DNA of 64,000 nucleotides from Spirochaetota bacterium. GTDB taxonomy: Bacteria; Spirochaetota; Brevinematia; DTOW01. This document shows positions 49,933-61,120 of the stretch, piece by piece. Where the stretch lies: contig JANXAC010000006.1 in assembly GCA_025061835.1 (NCBI GenBank), forward strand, positions 33,181 to 97,180, in the 5' to 3' direction. Positions within the stretch are counted from its first letter, which is position 1. Every line of letters starts with the position of its first letter. The notes under the pieces are model-generated. The model was not told where the DNA came from, searched no databases, and saw only the letters and a list, made by a program, of their open reading frames with translations. The position numbers and the translations under genes were made by a program.

Positions 49933-51291
49933 CTATAGAGGTTTATTTTCAGAAATTTCAGAAATAACCTCCTCCTGAATACCTTTCCTAGCGATCTTAA
50001 TTGTTATAAAGGCCCATAGTATTAGAAGTATCGTGTACAAACCCACGAATGTAAACAAAGTAAATCCTACCTCTGTTCCTGTAAGAGGAGACACTGCTTC
50101 TTTTGTCTTAAGTATGCCGTAAATAACCCAAGGTTGCCTACCCACCTCCGTAACTATCCAACCAGCCCAGTTTGCTATTATAGGAAGAGGTATCATAGCA
50201 ATCAACAAGTATAAAAACCACTTAACATTAGGTAAGATTTTAGTGTAGTATAGTATCACAGACGCTATACCTATTATTATAAACATAATTCCCAAAAATA
50301 CCATCACTCTAAAACTCCAGAACAACAGAGGTATATTCGGTAGTTCCTCTTTCTTAAGGTTATACTCTTTCATAAGATCTTTGATACCTTTAACTTCTGC
50401 ATTTATGTCTCTATAAGCCAGTAGAGATAATAATCCAGGTATTCCTATTTCAAGAGTGTTTGTCATGTTTTCTTGGTCAATAAAGCTAACGATCGGTTCC
50501 GCTGCCGACTTTTGTGTGTTCCATAATGCTTCCATCATAGCAAGTTTTAGGGGTTGGTATTCAGCTACATATTCACCACTAAGCGTGCCCATAGGTATCT
50601 GAAGTATTGAGAATATCAAGAATACTATTGCACTGACCTTAAATGCTTTCATGTACTCTTGCGCCAGTCTTCCTTTTAAGAAATGGTATGCAGAAATACC
50701 CATTACAAGACCTGAACCTGCTATGAAACATGCAAGTACGGTATGTGCAAACCTTATAAGGTTTGGAGTATTGAAGGATATAGCCCATAAGTCCGTAAGT
50801 AATATTTTCCCGTTTTCTATCTTATATCCAGTTGGTATTTGCATCCAAGTCATAACTGTAAGTATCCAAAATGCTGATATGAATGTCCCAATCATCACAA
50901 GAAACGCTGAAATAGTTCTCACAAGTGGAGAAATCTTTTTCTCTCCGAAAACCAATATAGAAAGAAATGTTGACTCAAGGAAGAATGCAAATATTGCCTC
51001 CATTGCAAGAGGACCACCTAAAACACCTCCTGCCTTTTCAGCAAAGTTAGACCAGTTAGCACCAAACTGTAGTTCCATAACAATACCTGTTGCTACACCA
51101 ACAGCAAAACCTACTGCAAAGATCTTTACTAGAAAGTTTCCTATCCTTCTATACACATCCTCCTTCTTGAGCATGTAGAGTAGAAAGAATACAAATATCA
51201 GTACTGATAAACCTATTGTGAAGGATGGAAAAACAAAGTGGAACCCCGCAGTTATGGCAAACTGCCATCTTGATAGAATAAGAGGATCCAT
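49933..51291 (-). CDS. cydA: cytochrome bd ubiquinol oxidase subunit I
   Basis: SRWQFA...FHFVF, QFGANW, AFFLES, QPLKLAMME and EVGRQPW motifs. Confidence 0.97.
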   Translation of the reverse strand: MDPLILSRWQFAITAGFHFVFPSFTIGLSVLIFVFFLLYMLKKEDVYRRIGNFLVKIFAVGFAVGVATGIVMELQFGANWSNFAEKAGGVLGGPLAMEAIFAFFLESTFLSILVFGEKKISPLVRTISAFLVMIGTFISAFWILTVMTWMQIPTGYKIENGKILLTDLWAISFNTPNLIRFAHTVLACFIAGSGLVMGISAYHFLKGRLAQEYMKAFKVSAIVFLIFSILQIPMGTLSGEYVAEYQPLKLAMMEALWNTQKSAAEPIVSFIDQENMTNTLEIGIPGLLSLLAYRDINAEVKGIKDLMKEYNLKKEELPNIPLLFWSFRVMVFLGIMFIIIGIASVILYYTKILPNVKWFLYLLIAMIPLPIIANWAGWIVTEVGRQPWVIYGILKTKEAVSPLTGTEVGFTLFTFVGLYTILLILWAFITIKIARKGIQEEVISEISENKPL

Positions 51292-51463
51292 ACATACCTC
51301 CTTGCCTCTAGAGTAACATAAAAGACTTTTTATGAGACTTTCAACTAACCTAGTTTGGTGTGAAATAGAATTTCCACATAGAATATTTCCTTAACTGTAT
51401 TCCCAAAGAATGTTGAAAATTCAATTACAAACTTTTTTAATTATGTATAACAGGGAGGTTCGT

Positions 51464-53038
51464 ATGGATAAGCTTGCTAGAAAGATAAAGCGTGAGAAAA
51501 AAATCAAAGAATTTTTAACGGCGTTTGCTTTCCTTACTCCAAACTTTTTTGGTTTTCTACTAATAACAGCATTTCCTGTGGTAGCTGTCTTTTTTCTTGC
51601 TCTTGCAAAGTGGGATGGAATAAGTTATCCTTCCAATGCTAAAGGAACTGTATCTTTTTTCTTGTCCTCTCCAGCACAAGAAGATATTTATATACCTAAG
51701 GGAACTGTAATAGAATCAGAAGTTGATCTAACAAAGAGATTTTCAGCAAAGGTTGATAAAAATATTCTACAATCTACTACGTATAAATTACCAAAAATAA
51801 ATGAAACAACGGTTATACCTATAACAGTAAGAGGTAGAGAAGATTACATTTACACATTCCCCGCAAACTATGAATTTACCGTTGAATTTGTTGTCAGGTA
51901 TGATGATGGCAGTGGTAATTTAGTTGCGACCAACACTATAGTTAAGTTTTTCAACGAAAGTGAATTTGAAGTAGCAGTAGGATCTTCCATTGAAGTCTAC
52001 GGCAAAATTAAAGAAGTTGTTAGTGGGGTCTATAAAGAAGGCATCATCGTGGATGTTGAAAATATATCTGTTAGAGCTAGCTATTCAAAGAAGATCAGGT
52101 TTGTTGGCATTACAGAAGAAGGTGTTAGCATACCAAAAGGTTCAACTAATGCTCAATATCCTGTAAAAGTATCTTCAGTCAAGAACGGTGAGGAATTCAA
52201 CCTTCAGGAAGGAACACTTCTTATTCCAATAAATGATCTGCCTTTCAAAGGTATTAGGGGAATAGTTGATACTTCTTTTATTGGTGGTAAAACAGGGATA
52301 CAGTTTGTTGGACTTGATAATTTTAGAACTTTATTCACAAAGGATAGAGACTTCTGGAGATATTTCTTAAATACTCTAATATTCATGTTACAAATACCTC
52401 TGGGAATGGCTTTTGCAATCATACTAGCATTAGCACTTAATCAAAAACTAAAAGGTATAACATTCTTTAGAACTCTTTACTTCTTACCTTACATTTCAAA
52501 CTTAGTTGCAGTCGCAATGTTATGGAGATGGATATACAATGATCAAGGACTTCTTAATGAACTACTAAAGAGTATCGGTGTTATAAACCCACCAAGTTGG
52601 TTAGGTGATGGTAACTGGGCAAAAGTTGCAATAATCGTCATGGATGTATGGAAGAATGTAGGATACACTATGCTAGTATATCTTGCTTCTTTGCAGCAGA
52701 TACCATCCTTTTTGTATGAAGCAGCTGATATAGACGGCGCAAACGAGGTTCAAAAATTTGCTTACATAACTTGGCCTATGCTAGCACCAACAAACTTCTT
52801 TATAATCATCATAGGTGTGATAAATGGATTTCAAGCGTTCGGATCACAGTATGTATTGACCGGAGGAGGTCCTGCCGGTGCTACTAAAACAATAGTTTAT
52901 TACATATATAACAATGCATTCCAGTGGTTCCAAATGGGATATGCTGCAACACTATCCGTCTTCTTGTTCATCGTTATGATGATATTTACAATAATTCAAT
53001 GGAGAATGGGTAGAGAATCTACTACTTCTTCATGGTAA
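51464..53038 (+). CDS. carbohydrate ABC permease (MalF/UgpA type) with ~224-aa periplasmic insert
   Basis: WDG...FVGLDNF, FRTLYFLP, EAADIDGA (EAA loop), MGYAAT; GGAGG SD before ATG 51464. Confidence 0.93.
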   Translation: MDKLARKIKREKKIKEFLTAFAFLTPNFFGFLLITAFPVVAVFFLALAKWDGISYPSNAKGTVSFFLSSPAQEDIYIPKGTVIESEVDLTKRFSAKVDKNILQSTTYKLPKINETTVIPITVRGREDYIYTFPANYEFTVEFVVRYDDGSGNLVATNTIVKFFNESEFEVAVGSSIEVYGKIKEVVSGVYKEGIIVDVENISVRASYSKKIRFVGITEEGVSIPKGSTNAQYPVKVSSVKNGEEFNLQEGTLLIPINDLPFKGIRGIVDTSFIGGKTGIQFVGLDNFRTLFTKDRDFWRYFLNTLIFMLQIPLGMAFAIILALALNQKLKGITFFRTLYFLPYISNLVAVAMLWRWIYNDQGLLNELLKSIGVINPPSWLGDGNWAKVAIIVMDVWKNVGYTMLVYLASLQQIPSFLYEAADIDGANEVQKFAYITWPMLAPTNFFIIIIGVINGFQAFGSQYVLTGGGPAGATKTIVYYIYNNAFQWFQMGYAATLSVFLFIVMMIFTIIQWRMGRESTTSSW

Positions 53039-53053
53039 TATAAGGAGGTAAAT

Positions 53054-53998
53054 ATGGCAACAAGAGAAGCTTTTTATGGTCAAAGTTTAGTTGAAGAGAG
53101 AAGAAGAAAGGAGATTGTTAGGAACATATTCGCTTACATAGTTTTATCAATAGGTGCTCTGACAATGGTGATACCATTCTTTTGGACTATATCTACTGCT
53201 TTGAAAGACCCCGAAGATATTTACGACAAACTGTTTATACCCAAGAGATTCAGCTACATATATGTGGACCAAAATGGAAACTTCGTTCATGGTAGTTATC
53301 GCGAGGGATATACTGAAGTTAGAGCATGGTGGGCTAATTTTGTTAAGGCCTGGATATCGGTTCCCTTTGATAAGTATTATAGGAACAGTTTGTTAGTTGC
53401 GACTGTTACCACACTTGGGCAACTTGTTACTTGTACATTAGCTGCTTATGCATTTGCTAGGTTAAGATGGGTTGGAAGAGATGCTGTGTTTCTTCTATAC
53501 CTAGGAACACTAATGATACCATTTACTGTAACTATGATACCAGTATATATCCTTTTCAAAGTGTTAGGACTTGTAAATACTTTAGTTGCAGTTATACTCC
53601 CTGCTTTATTTTCTGCCTTCGGGACATTCCTGTTAAGACAGTTCTTCGTATCAATTCCTTATGACCTTGAAGAAGCTGCTTTCATTGACGGTGCTAATAG
53701 ACTGCAAATACTATGGCATGTAATACTACCTCTGTCCAAAGGAGCACTGGCTACACTAGGAACCTTCACTTTCTTGTTCCAATGGAATGACTTCTTATGG
53801 CCGTTGATTGTGCTAAACTCCGAAGAAATCCAGACTATCCCTGTCGGATTAACTGCGTTCCAAACTGCTTATGGCTCACAGTGGGAGTTGGTTATGGCTG
53901 CATCACTCATAGCTCTAATACCTGTCATAATAATATATGTCTTCAACCAGAGGTTCTTCACAGAGAGTATAATGTTATCAGGATTCGGTGGAAGATAG
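53054..53998 (+). CDS. carbohydrate ABC permease (MalG type)
   Basis: AAYAFAR, LRQFF, EEAAFIDGA and WNDFLWPL motifs. Confidence 0.95.
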   Translation: MATREAFYGQSLVEERRRKEIVRNIFAYIVLSIGALTMVIPFFWTISTALKDPEDIYDKLFIPKRFSYIYVDQNGNFVHGSYREGYTEVRAWWANFVKAWISVPFDKYYRNSLLVATVTTLGQLVTCTLAAYAFARLRWVGRDAVFLLYLGTLMIPFTVTMIPVYILFKVLGLVNTLVAVILPALFSAFGTFLLRQFFVSIPYDLEEAAFIDGANRLQILWHVILPLSKGALATLGTFTFLFQWNDFLWPLIVLNSEEIQTIPVGLTAFQTAYGSQWELVMAASLIALIPVIIIYVFNQRFFTESIMLSGFGGR

Positions 53999-54002
53999 TC
54001 TT

Positions 54003-54281
54003 ATGAACGAGATAGGACTAATAATTAGATTATTGAACGAGACACTAATACAAACTGCAATACTATCCTTACCATTTCTTATAATATCACTACTTGTCGG
54101 TCTAATAATAAGTATTTTCCAAGCTACTACATCAATACAAGAACAAACATTAACTTTTGTACCTAAATTTATTGCTATAGGTTTACTTATTCTCTTAATA
54201 GGACCTATACTCATAAGAGTCTTTACTGACTTTACTATAAGATTATTCGACCTTATGGCAACTGGGATTAGAGGCTTATGA
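54003..54281 (+). CDS. fliQ: flagellar export protein FliQ
   Basis: VGLIISIFQATTSIQEQTLTFVPK motif. Confidence 0.95.
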   Translation: MNEIGLIIRLLNETLIQTAILSLPFLIISLLVGLIISIFQATTSIQEQTLTFVPKFIAIGLLILLIGPILIRVFTDFTIRLFDLMATGIRGL

Positions 54282-54425
54282 GGATGTAAAGTAAAATCTA
54301 TCTATCATCCGAAAATACATCTTGAGATAGTAGTAAAGATTGATTTTATGGTTTATTGAAAGTTAGAAGAGTTTTTTTTATAATAGAACTAAAGCATAGT
54401 TCAAGTTATTTTATGGAGGTATATT

Positions 54426-54764
54426 ATGGAAATCTCTAGAAGGGAAATAGGGGATGTTGTTGTCTTTGATGTAAATGGTGAGATAGACCTCTATAATGCT
54501 CCTCAAATAAAGGAGCTAGTAAGACAGGAAATAGAAAAAGGTAAGGTTAACATTGTTGTGAATCTTGATAAGGTTAGTTATATAGACTCCTCTGGTATAG
54601 GTGTTCTTATATCCAGTCTTTCAAACTTGAAAAAAGTAGGAGGAGGATTAAAGTTATCTAATGTATACGCTTCCGTAAGAAAAGTTTTTGAATTAACCAA
54701 GCTAACAGGGTTTTTTGATATATACGATTCGGTTGAAAATGCTGTAAACTCTTTCAATCAGTAA
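54426..54764 (+). CDS. STAS-domain anti-sigma factor antagonist
   Basis: GEIDLYNAP, YIDSSGIG (phospho-Ser motif) and VFELTKL. Confidence 0.93.
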   Translation: MEISRREIGDVVVFDVNGEIDLYNAPQIKELVRQEIEKGKVNIVVNLDKVSYIDSSGIGVLISSLSNLKKVGGGLKLSNVYASVRKVFELTKLTGFFDIYDSVENAVNSFNQ

Positions 54765-54827
54765 TTCTATAGAGACTACTCAAAAAATATTGCTTTAAAT
54801 AATACTTTTCTTTACGATATTTTCTAT

Positions 54828-55631
54828 ATGAAATTTTTTCTAGTTATTCTCTTAGTTCCTTTACTTGCTCTAATTTCATGCGGACGAGAAGAAAATAATA
54901 TATCTAATATAATTTCAGAAGTTGAACAAAAAGAAACAGAACTGAAGGATGTAGGTACCCCCCAATTTTTGATTGAAGAGCAAAAAGGACTTGAGACAAA
55001 TACAAACCAACAGACTGTTGTTAAAGATGTTGATGAATTCTTTGAGACGAAAACATTGAAAACAACAAAATTAAATACCACAAACACAAATATTCAAGAA
55101 CAGAAATTAGAACCTAGTGAGGAAGATAAAGCATTTCTCGTATCTGAAAATAGGTATGATATTAAAAAAGAGAACACTACTGATCCTAAAGCCACTACGC
55201 AAAAACCTAAAACCAAACAAGTAAAAACTAATAAAAGAGGTGTTAAAGTATTCTTTTCCTACAGAAACGGTAAAAACTATATTGATACGAGAAATCCTGG
55301 TAAAATAACTACTGTGGTTTATGTTAGTAGGAATATATGGTATATTGATTACAGTGTATATGCTATACCATACGATAAGTTAAATAACTACAAAAAATAT
55401 CTTTCCAGCAGATATCTAATTGGTATAGGTAGGAACATAAGTGTTGTTGATTTAAGAAGCCAACTTACCGTTTATTGGAGAGGTAGAAACATTAACAAGA
55501 AAACACTACCAAACGGTAAGTACTCAATAGTTGTAAAAACCAGTTATAAAAACAAAAGTAAAAAAGTTATTTCCACAAGCACCAAAATTCTAGGTGGTAG
55601 TAAACCTCTAGTAGTTATACTTGCTAATTAG
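54828..55631 (+). CDS. lipoprotein with C-terminal FlgD-Ig-like domain
   Basis: Lipobox LISC; low-complexity linker; VYWRGRN...LPNGKY. Confidence 0.65.
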   Translation: MKFFLVILLVPLLALISCGREENNISNIISEVEQKETELKDVGTPQFLIEEQKGLETNTNQQTVVKDVDEFFETKTLKTTKLNTTNTNIQEQKLEPSEEDKAFLVSENRYDIKKENTTDPKATTQKPKTKQVKTNKRGVKVFFSYRNGKNYIDTRNPGKITTVVYVSRNIWYIDYSVYAIPYDKLNNYKKYLSSRYLIGIGRNISVVDLRSQLTVYWRGRNINKKTLPNGKYSIVVKTSYKNKSKKVISTSTKILGGSKPLVVILAN

Positions 55632-55960
55632 TTACATCCACAACTATCATCACCACATCCACATTGATCTTTAGGGTTTACAACCTTAAACCCTTCCCCA
55701 AACACTTCATCTTTTACATAATCAATAGTAGATCCTTTAGCCTCTTCGTAGCTTACAGGGTCAACTATTATCTTAACTCCGTTAGTTTCAAAGATTAGGT
55801 CATCAGAGTTTTTCTTGTCGTCTATAGAGAGTCCGTATTTTTGTCCCGAACAACCACATCCTCCTGTCATGACTGAAAATCTCAAAAAGACATCCTTTAT
55901 ATTATTTTCTTCAAGTATCTTTTTTATGACACTAGCTGCTGCTTCTGTAAGAGTTATCAT
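55628..55960 (-). CDS. HesB/IscA-family Fe-S cluster assembly accessory protein
   Basis: ITLTEAA, GGCGCSG, GSTIDY and GF...NP...CGCG motifs. Confidence 0.93.
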   Translation of the reverse strand: MITLTEAAASVIKKILEENNIKDVFLRFSVMTGGCGCSGQKYGLSIDDKKNSDDLIFETNGVKIIVDPVSYEEAKGSTIDYVKDEVFGEGFKVVNPKDQCGCGDDSCGCN

Positions 55961-56105
55961 AAGAACCTCCTTTATGCAGATTAGAATATACGAAAACATA
56001 AATCAAAAGTCTAATGATTTGGTAGTTCTATCAGAATACGTTTCAACTTGAAAAAGTTAAATTTTTACTTATAAAATTTTTTATCTTACGATAGTTTGGA
56101 GGTAG

Positions 56106-57383
<1,278 letters not shown>

Positions 57384-57549
57384 AACGGCTCTATCAAACG
57401 AAAAGACAAGAGATAATTCGTCCTAAGGCTGTATATATTTTTCTAACATAGACGATGTTGAATACATTTATCTAGTTTGTTATATTTATTCTAACTTTAC
57501 TAAAATTCTCTTTAAGCGAAATAAAACACATGCTTGGAGGTAGAGTTAA

Positions 57550-58116
57550 ATGAGAGAGATAGTTAAATACGGAAATCCTGTATTACACAAACCTGCAGAA
57601 GAAGTCAGGGAATTTAATGAAGAACTAAAGCAACTAGTGGATGAGATGTTTGAAATTATGAATTCTAACAATGGTGTTGGACTTGCTGCACCACAGATAG
57701 GCTTGCCTATTAGAGTTGCAGTAGTTGATGTTTCACCAGCTGGATACAAAGGTAGAGCAGTGCTAATTAATCCTGTTATTAAGAACACCTCAAAGAAATA
57801 CACTCTTGAAGAAGAAGGTTGTCTTTCAGTACCAGGTTTGTATCTACCCATATTGAGACATTACTCAATATCGGTTGAATATTCTGACTTTGATGGAAGA
57901 AGAAACATTCTAAACGCTACAGGATACTTCGCTAAAGCAATCCAACACGAAATAGACCACCTTGATGGTATCCTCTTTGTTGAAAGATTTGTAGAAACAT
58001 TTGATATTGATAAGATAGATGACCAAAAATTAAAAGAGCAGATAATGGAAGTTTTAGATGTTGTAAACAAATTCAAGAGTGAAAGGATCCTAGAAAGCAA
58101 TATCAAAAACTTATAA
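57550..58116 (+). CDS. def: peptide deformylase
   Basis: GVGLAAPQIG, EGCLS and QHEIDHLDG motifs. Confidence 0.97.
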   Translation: MREIVKYGNPVLHKPAEEVREFNEELKQLVDEMFEIMNSNNGVGLAAPQIGLPIRVAVVDVSPAGYKGRAVLINPVIKNTSKKYTLEEEGCLSVPGLYLPILRHYSISVEYSDFDGRRNILNATGYFAKAIQHEIDHLDGILFVERFVETFDIDKIDDQKLKEQIMEVLDVVNKFKSERILESNIKNL

Positions 58117-58177
58117 TTAACTAGACTTAGTCTTCTACAAAAACATTATCTATGTCATAAACTTAGCGAGGTATGCT

Positions 58178-58978
58178 ATGTTAGAAGAAATTGTAAAACT
58201 TAAGATTGAAGAACTCAAAGAAGTAAAAGCATCTCTTCCAATTAGAGAACTGAAAAGTATAATCAAACAAAACAATTACAGAACCAGAGGTTTTCTAAAC
58301 ACACTCAAGAACAAAATTGCTAGTGGTAAGCCTGGATTGATAGCAGAGATAAAGTTTGCTTCCCCATCAAAAGGAGTTATTAGAAACAATATTTCACTAG
58401 AAGAAGTTTCAGATGTATATGAAAGGAATAGTTTTGTTGATTGTATTTCTGTTCTAACTGAAAAAAGATTCTTCCATGGTGATATATCTTTCATCACAAA
58501 AACAAGAACCATCACTACAAAACCAATTTTGAGAAAAGATTTTATAATTGACGAATATCAGATATATGAGAGCATTTACTATGGTGCAGATTGTATCTTA
58601 CTTATAGTATCATCCTTGTCAAGGAGTCAACTTGTAGAATTTCTTGATACATCTAAAGAGTTAGGATTAGATGTATTGGTTGAAATTTTTGAAGATGACG
58701 ATATTCAGAAAATTGAAGGACTTAACATTGAATTACTAGGTATAAATAGTAGAAACCTAAAAACTTTGGAAGTTTCTCTTGATAATCATCTCTATATGTT
58801 AAATAAGATTAACTTAAGACCTTCAGTATTGGTTGCCGAAAGTGGAATAAAAAATAGATATGATGTTATTAGAGAAATATCTAACGGATTTAATGCTTTC
58901 TTGATAGGTGAGAGTATAATGTCTTCTGATAATATGTCTCTCAAAATAAACAGCCTTTTTGAAGGTGTGAATCTATAG
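58178..58978 (+). CDS. trpC: indole-3-glycerol phosphate synthase
   Basis: IAEIKFASPSKG, ISVLTE, LRKDFI, GINSRNL and AESGI motifs. Confidence 0.96.
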   Translation: MLEEIVKLKIEELKEVKASLPIRELKSIIKQNNYRTRGFLNTLKNKIASGKPGLIAEIKFASPSKGVIRNNISLEEVSDVYERNSFVDCISVLTEKRFFHGDISFITKTRTITTKPILRKDFIIDEYQIYESIYYGADCILLIVSSLSRSQLVEFLDTSKELGLDVLVEIFEDDDIQKIEGLNIELLGINSRNLKTLEVSLDNHLYMLNKINLRPSVLVAESGIKNRYDVIREISNGFNAFLIGESIMSSDNMSLKINSLFEGVNL

Positions 58979-58986
58979 TTATTACT

Positions 58987-59025
58987 TTTACGATTTCTTT
59001 ACAAGAATTTTTTACGGAATTTACA
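58987..59025 (+). promoter_or_regulatory. Pho-box-like TTTAC(A/G) direct repeats
   Basis: TTTACG 58987, TTTACA 58998, TTTACG 59011, TTTACA 59020; three are in 11-bp register. Confidence 0.5.
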
Positions 59026-59069
59026 AATTACTACTAGAATTTATATTGAGTTCTCTTGGAGGTAAAAAG

Positions 59070-59489
59070 ATGACGATTATGAAAAACATAAACACAATCA
59101 AAGCAGGAGACATTATGACAACAGACTTCTTTGTATGTAAAGAAGACTTTAGCCTATTCCTTGCTATAGATAAGATAATGAGAAGAAAAGTTCACTCAAT
59201 AGTAGTAGTTGATGACAATGGGCAGATGAAGGATATAATATCTCCTACAGACTTGTTGAAGGTAGTTTTTCTTGATTATACAGATTATCATAGCATGAAG
59301 GTATCAGATATCGTTAAAAAGAATAGAGAGATATTATACATATCAGAAGATACAAGCCTTTCTGAAATAATAAAGGCTATGAGAACATATAGCATATCAA
59401 CCCTGATAGTTGCCGATGAGTCTCTTAAACCTATAGGTATAGTTCATATAAAGGATGTCTTGAAGATGATAGAGACGATACTTATGTAG
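59070..59489 (+). CDS. CBS domain-pair protein
   Basis: AGDIMT, VVVDD, VSDIV and PIGIV..KD; GGAGG SD. Confidence 0.88.
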   Translation: MTIMKNINTIKAGDIMTTDFFVCKEDFSLFLAIDKIMRRKVHSIVVVDDNGQMKDIISPTDLLKVVFLDYTDYHSMKVSDIVKKNREILYISEDTSLSEIIKAMRTYSISTLIVADESLKPIGIVHIKDVLKMIETILM

Positions 59490-59500
59490 GAGGGTGTAAA

Positions 59501-60682
59501 ATGTTAGGTTCACTTCAAAAAGAGGAATATTTCAAAATATACGAACCTAGCAGGCAGTTTCCTATCAACCTGTTAGGTTTTGCTGCCAAAAAGTCTGTTG
59601 TAGTTGATTCTAATGTTACAACTGATGAAGTTGTGAACCTGCTTCTAAAAGATAACGAGATAGCGTTTGTGATAGTAACAAGTGGTGATGAGATAATAAA
59701 TGTTTTAGAGTCCAAAGATATATTGAATATAATATCTGCTAGATTTGGTCAGCACATATACGGGAATAAACCAGTGATTAAAATAGCAAACAGACTACAG
59801 AAGAATTTTTCTTTGATTGAAGCAAATAAGCCTGTAAGGTCAATAATACAGAAGATTTCAAAGAACAAACAACGAATAGTCATAACAATAAATGGTAATA
59901 TTTATGGAGCAACTAATCCTGATATAATTTACTCAGTCCTACTCAAGATAATAGAAGAAGACTCAAAAGAGACAGGAAGACTGCAAAATATGATAATAAA
60001 CAAATCTCTATATCCAAGTAACGTTATAAACTATGAGGCTGTTTCAATACCGTCGTTTAATGCTGGTGGAGACTATATCTTTGTAAAGGATGTAGATAAC
60101 AACCAAACACTGGTAGTTATCGCAGATGTGTCAGGTAAAGGAACTTCCGCAGCTATAATTACGAGCATGATAAGTTTCTTTTTCAAGAGTTTAGTTGAAA
60201 GCAAGATAACAAAAGAAGTACTAGTAAAATCAATAGTCAGACTCAACAATACTATCATAGACTACTTTGATTACGAAAAATACATTACAATGGTGCTTTG
60301 TGTTGTTAATAAACTTTCCAGGAGTATAAGTATAGTCAATATGGGACATCAGCCTGTATATGTATTTGAGAAAGAAGAAATTATCCAGAAGAGAGCACAT
60401 AATACTCCTATAGGTCTTATGGATTTAAGTGAAGATAGTATTGTTATTGATGATACTACACTAGGACGAAATAAGAAAGTCTTTCTTTTCACTGATGGAG
60501 TTACAGATATAAAGAATTCTGACGAGATGGAATATGGAGAGAAGAGATTAGAAGCAATACTTCTGTCCTATGATAACACCGAAGATATAAAATCATACTT
60601 ACTTGAGGATATTATGTCGTTTTCTGAAGATCAATACCAGGTTGATGACATATCTTTCATAATATTTGAGATCAAAGATTAG
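59501..60682 (+). CDS. CBS-like sensor fused to SpoIIE/PP2C phosphatase
   Basis: GGDY, IADVSGKG, NMGH, FTDGV and DDIS motifs; N-terminal RFG.HIYG.KPV. Confidence 0.9.
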   Translation: MLGSLQKEEYFKIYEPSRQFPINLLGFAAKKSVVVDSNVTTDEVVNLLLKDNEIAFVIVTSGDEIINVLESKDILNIISARFGQHIYGNKPVIKIANRLQKNFSLIEANKPVRSIIQKISKNKQRIVITINGNIYGATNPDIIYSVLLKIIEEDSKETGRLQNMIINKSLYPSNVINYEAVSIPSFNAGGDYIFVKDVDNNQTLVVIADVSGKGTSAAIITSMISFFFKSLVESKITKEVLVKSIVRLNNTIIDYFDYEKYITMVLCVVNKLSRSISIVNMGHQPVYVFEKEEIIQKRAHNTPIGLMDLSEDSIVIDDTTLGRNKKVFLFTDGVTDIKNSDEMEYGEKRLEAILLSYDNTEDIKSYLLEDIMSFSEDQYQVDDISFIIFEIKD

Positions 60683-60723
60683 AAACTACAAAGTAAATTT
60701 GTCAACCGATTAATATTTAATAA

Positions 60724-61071
60724 ATGTGGGCAAAGATAAAGGACATTCCTGTATTCGGAGTAGGTTTGGGCTCATACTCTAGATGTTATCATTATAATTC
60801 TGAAAGAGATATAGTAGCTATAAAGTTTAAGTGTTGTGGTAAGTATTACGCTTGCTATAAGTGTCATAATGAATTGGAGGATCATAAAATAATACCTTGG
60901 GACGAAAGTGAATTTTCTACAAAAGCAGTTTTGTGTGGTATATGTGGTTTTGAGATGAGTATATATGAATATTTAAAATCTAGGTCCAAGTGTCCTTCGT
61001 GCAGTTCTGATTTCAATCAAAACTGTAAGAAACATTACAGTATCTATTTTGGGTTAGAGGATTATACTTAA
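60724..61071 (+). CDS. CHY zinc-finger protein
   Basis: RCYHY, KFKCC..YYACYKCH, LCG.C and CP.C...FN..C..H motifs. Confidence 0.9.
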   Translation: MWAKIKDIPVFGVGLGSYSRCYHYNSERDIVAIKFKCCGKYYACYKCHNELEDHKIIPWDESEFSTKAVLCGICGFEMSIYEYLKSRSKCPSCSSDFNQNCKKHYSIYFGLEDYT

Positions 61072-61120
61072 GAAGTTAATACTCTTTCCGAAAGTATTAT
61101 GTGTAGCGAGGATACGAACT

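Noticed and set aside
51626..52297. Prophage or contractile injection system locus
   Set aside because: The baseplate-like segment is in frame inside a permease, and no sheath, tube or spike genes occur in the window.
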